Virus record (IMG/VR): IMGVR_UViG_3300032314_000061 | Span: 1 to 28,508 of that record | Strand: one strand, 5' to 3' | DNA: 28,508 bases | DNA from: a virus | Lineage: Duplodnaviria > Caudoviricetes | Shown: positions 27,451 through 28,508 of the stretch, in pieces | Layout of the letters: each line of letters starts with the position of its first letter | How positions within the stretch are numbered: position 1 is the first letter of the stretch | Notes under the pieces: generated by a model | What the model saw: only the letters and a program-made list of their open reading frames with translations | Databases searched by the model: none | What the model was told of the DNA's origin: nothing | Made by a program: the position numbers and the translations under genes

Positions 27451-27624
27451 ATGGCAAAGAAAAAAGCTACGAAAACTGTTTCTGAAATGCTTGAAGAAGT
27501 ACAAGATCAACTTGCTGCTATTCAAGATAAAGTATCAGAAAATGAAAACGATTCATTAGAAGATGATCAAGATGATTTAGAAAATTTTGATTACGATGAC
27601 GATTTCGATACAGACGAAGATTAG
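27451..27624 (+). CDS. Small highly acidic protein (57 aa, not in ORF track)
   Basis: MAKKKATKTVSEMLEEVQDQLAAIQDKVSENENDSLEDDQDDLENFDYDDDFDTDED*; AAGG upstream. Confidence 0.65.
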   Translation: MAKKKATKTVSEMLEEVQDQLAAIQDKVSENENDSLEDDQDDLENFDYDDDFDTDED

Positions 27625-27636
27625 TAATTATACTTT

Positions 27637-27666
27637 GGATTGTCGGCTTTAAGTAGCCGACCTTCC
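27637..27666 (+). terminator. GC-rich intergenic hairpin (terminator or processing site)
   Basis: GTCGGCT-ttaagt-AGCCGAC perfect 7-bp stem (27642-27661), extendable by GGA/TCC; no clear U tract. Confidence 0.45.
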
Positions 27667-27672
27667 TAACAA

Positions 27673-27927
27673 ATGAAAAAAAGAAAAATAAGTCAAAAAA
27701 GACCACAATTACAACAGGTTACATATACTCTACTCGTTGAAATGTTAAGAGACATGAATAAGAAAATTCATGAACTACACAGAGACGTAGAACGTAATAG
27801 CGAAGAACTACATTTACTCAAAGAACAACTTGCAATGTCTAAAGGTGGACTAAGAGTAGTCCTTTGGATTTTTGCAACGCTAACAACAATTATAGGGGTT
27901 TACCAATATTTTAAAAATGGCAGCTAG
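27673..27927 (+). CDS. Coiled-coil protein with C-terminal transmembrane helix (XhlA/holin-like, lysis region)
   Basis: Heptad coiled coil then KGGLRVVLWIFATLTTIIGVYQYF hydrophobic segment. Confidence 0.6.
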   Translation: MKKRKISQKRPQLQQVTYTLLVEMLRDMNKKIHELHRDVERNSEELHLLKEQLAMSKGGLRVVLWIFATLTTIIGVYQYFKNGS

Positions 27928-28162
27928 AAGAAATTACAGAATGGAATACCAAAAGTATCAAGCTTCGACATCAGCTAAACTTGATAGAGCAGCCAGAAAC
28001 AGAGCAAGACGAGATTTAATGGCTAAAGGAATTGTACACAAAGGCGATGGCAAAGACGTAGATCACAAAAATAGTAATCCACGAGATAACAGTACGGATA
28101 ATTTAAGGGTTACATCCGCACACCTAAACAGAGGAAAGCTTCGAGTGAAGTTTAAACACTGA
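27917..28162 (+). CDS. HNH endonuclease-like protein
   Basis: R..RNRARR ... GDGKDVDHK..NP.DN...NLRV.S...NRG. Confidence 0.8.
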   Translation: MAARRNYRMEYQKYQASTSAKLDRAARNRARRDLMAKGIVHKGDGKDVDHKNSNPRDNSTDNLRVTSAHLNRGKLRVKFKH

Positions 28163-28508
28163 TGTGGGGAATTCTTTTAGGCTTTCTTAAAAATCCAGTT
28201 TTTAGTTTAATAGCTGATAAAACTATTGGTGTAATAAATCATCAATTAGAATTAACTAAACTACAAAGAATTACTGAATTAGAAGTAATGAAAGATGTTT
28301 CACTTGCTCAGATAGATGCTAGTGAACGTAGTCTTAAAGATGAGTGGCTAACTTTATTTATATCAGGAATTATCTTATGTTGTTTTATTCCTTCACTACA
28401 ACCATTTATGATTAAAGGTTTTGAAATTCTTAAGTCAGCACCCACTGAAATACTTTATGCAATATTGATTGTATTCATGGGAAGCTTTGGAGTTAATATT
28501 TTAGATAA
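28162..28508 (+). CDS. Putative holin (3-TM type), truncated at window end
   Basis: ATG overlaps the previous TGA; MWGILLGFLK...SLKDEWLTLFISGIILCCFIP...GF..L...P......ILIVFMGSFG; open to the window end. Confidence 0.65.
   Translation, partial: MWGILLGFLKNPVFSLIADKTIGVINHQLELTKLQRITELEVMKDVSLAQIDASERSLKDEWLTLFISGIILCCFIPSLQPFMIKGFEILKSAPTEILYAILIVFMGSFGVNILD

Noticed and set aside
27518-27706. Minus-strand 62-aa ORF
   Set aside because: Antisense to the acidic protein gene and spans the intergenic hairpin.

Overview
This window is a contiguous, entirely + strand, AT-rich segment of a T7-like podophage (Autographiviridae-type gene order). The low GC, scarce Shine-Dalgarno motifs and gene content resemble SAR11/pelagiphage-like podoviruses, but the host is only inferred. 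It opens inside the primase-helicase gene, followed by family A DNA polymerase, 5'-3' exonuclease, a PD-(D/E)xK nuclease, a DUF3310 protein and several small genes. The virion module follows: portal, scaffold, major capsid, tail tubes A/B, internal virion proteins (the largest with an N-terminal pesticin-type muramidase) and a repeat-rich tail fibre. The window ends in small membrane, HNH and holin-like genes. The most striking element is a compact cassette directly after the tail fibre (22917-27271). It encodes a small tail-fibre-like protein ending in (xC)n Cys repeats, an Ig-like protein, an Asp/Asn beta-hydroxylase-like Fe/2OG enzyme, a radical SAM/SPASM enzyme, a second Fe/2OG oxygenase and an unannotated CxC-rich peptide. 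It looks like a RiPP-style post-translational modification system aimed at a virion (probably receptor-binding) protein. All calls come from motif reading by eye; no database searches were run.
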